From Promethearchaeota archaeon (GTDB taxonomy: Archaea; Asgardarchaeota; Lokiarchaeia; Sigyniarchaeales; SOKP01): 16,242 bases of DNA. The notes beneath the pieces were generated by a model, which made no database searches, was not told the DNA's origin, and worked only from the letters and a program-made list of their open reading frames with translations. The DNA is taken from the NCBI GenBank assembly GCA_004524535.1, contig SDNY01000082.1, forward strand, positions 1-16,242. The letters run 5' to 3'. The translations under genes were made by a program, and so were the position numbers. The stretch's first letter is position 1; every line of letters starts with the position of its first letter. Shown piece by piece: positions 15,862 through 16,242 of this stretch.

Positions 15862-16242
15862 TCACATTTCTGAAGGTTGGTAAATATAAGGATAATATGG
15901 TTTTAATCCAAAAACAGCAACCCACCAAATAAATAAGCAAATTACAATAATAGAAAGAATTATTGTACAGATTAAAATAGGTCGCTCAAGAATGTTAATT
16001 TTTTTCACAAGAATAATGGTAAGGTCAGCAATTAAAAGAATAACACATAAAATAACCACTAAAACTGCTGCTTGTCCCTCATATGTCGAATAACCAAATA
16101 TTAAGCCCATTCCAACACCACAACAGATGGTATAAATTAATTCATCATTTCTTAATCTCTTAAGGTTTTCACTTAAGAATTCTGTTATTAATGCCATAGC
16201 TATATAACCAGAATAAGCAATATGAATAAGATGATGCCCCAA
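15862..16242 (-). CDS. Multi-pass membrane protein, C-terminal part (5'-truncated by the window edge)
   Basis: At least three or four hydrophobic segments; the frame is open to the window edge. Confidence 0.65.
   Translation of the reverse strand: MGHHLIHIAYSGYIAMALITEFLSENLKRLRNDELIYTICCGVGMGLIFGYSTYEGQAAVLVVILCVILLIADLTIILVKKINILERPILICTIILSIIVICLFIWWVAVFGLKPYYPYIYQPSEM

Overview
AT-rich, gene-dense archaeal DNA, most likely Asgard/Lokiarchaeia. This is an inference from the archaeal proteasome beta subunit, the long-type FKBP, TATA/BRE-type promoters and ITPK1-like kinases. The left half (866-6817) looks like a dedicated soluble inositol-phosphate locus. It has a divergent myo-inositol-1-phosphate synthase preceded by a 17-bp tandem repeat that forms a chain of stop/start-overlapping mini-ORFs, three ATP-grasp proteins (one strongly ITPK1-like, one intermediate, one with a degenerate metal motif), and two tandem paralogous HAD phosphatases with ~85-aa polybasic helical tails. 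It is preceded by the 3' end of a GH2 beta-glucuronidase. The right half holds six minus-strand genes: an HhH-fused long-type FKBP, a PflX-like radical SAM protein, a stand-alone GIFT/DUF4350-like protein, psmB, and an FtsX/MacB-type ABC permease with its ATPase. The ABC genes diverge from a double-wHTH GbsR/MarR-like regulator, with two copies of a TTTCA-N7-TGAAA palindrome between them. Two hypothetical genes end the window. No RNA genes, CRISPR arrays or mobile elements were recognised. All family calls come from motif recognition by eye; no searches were run.
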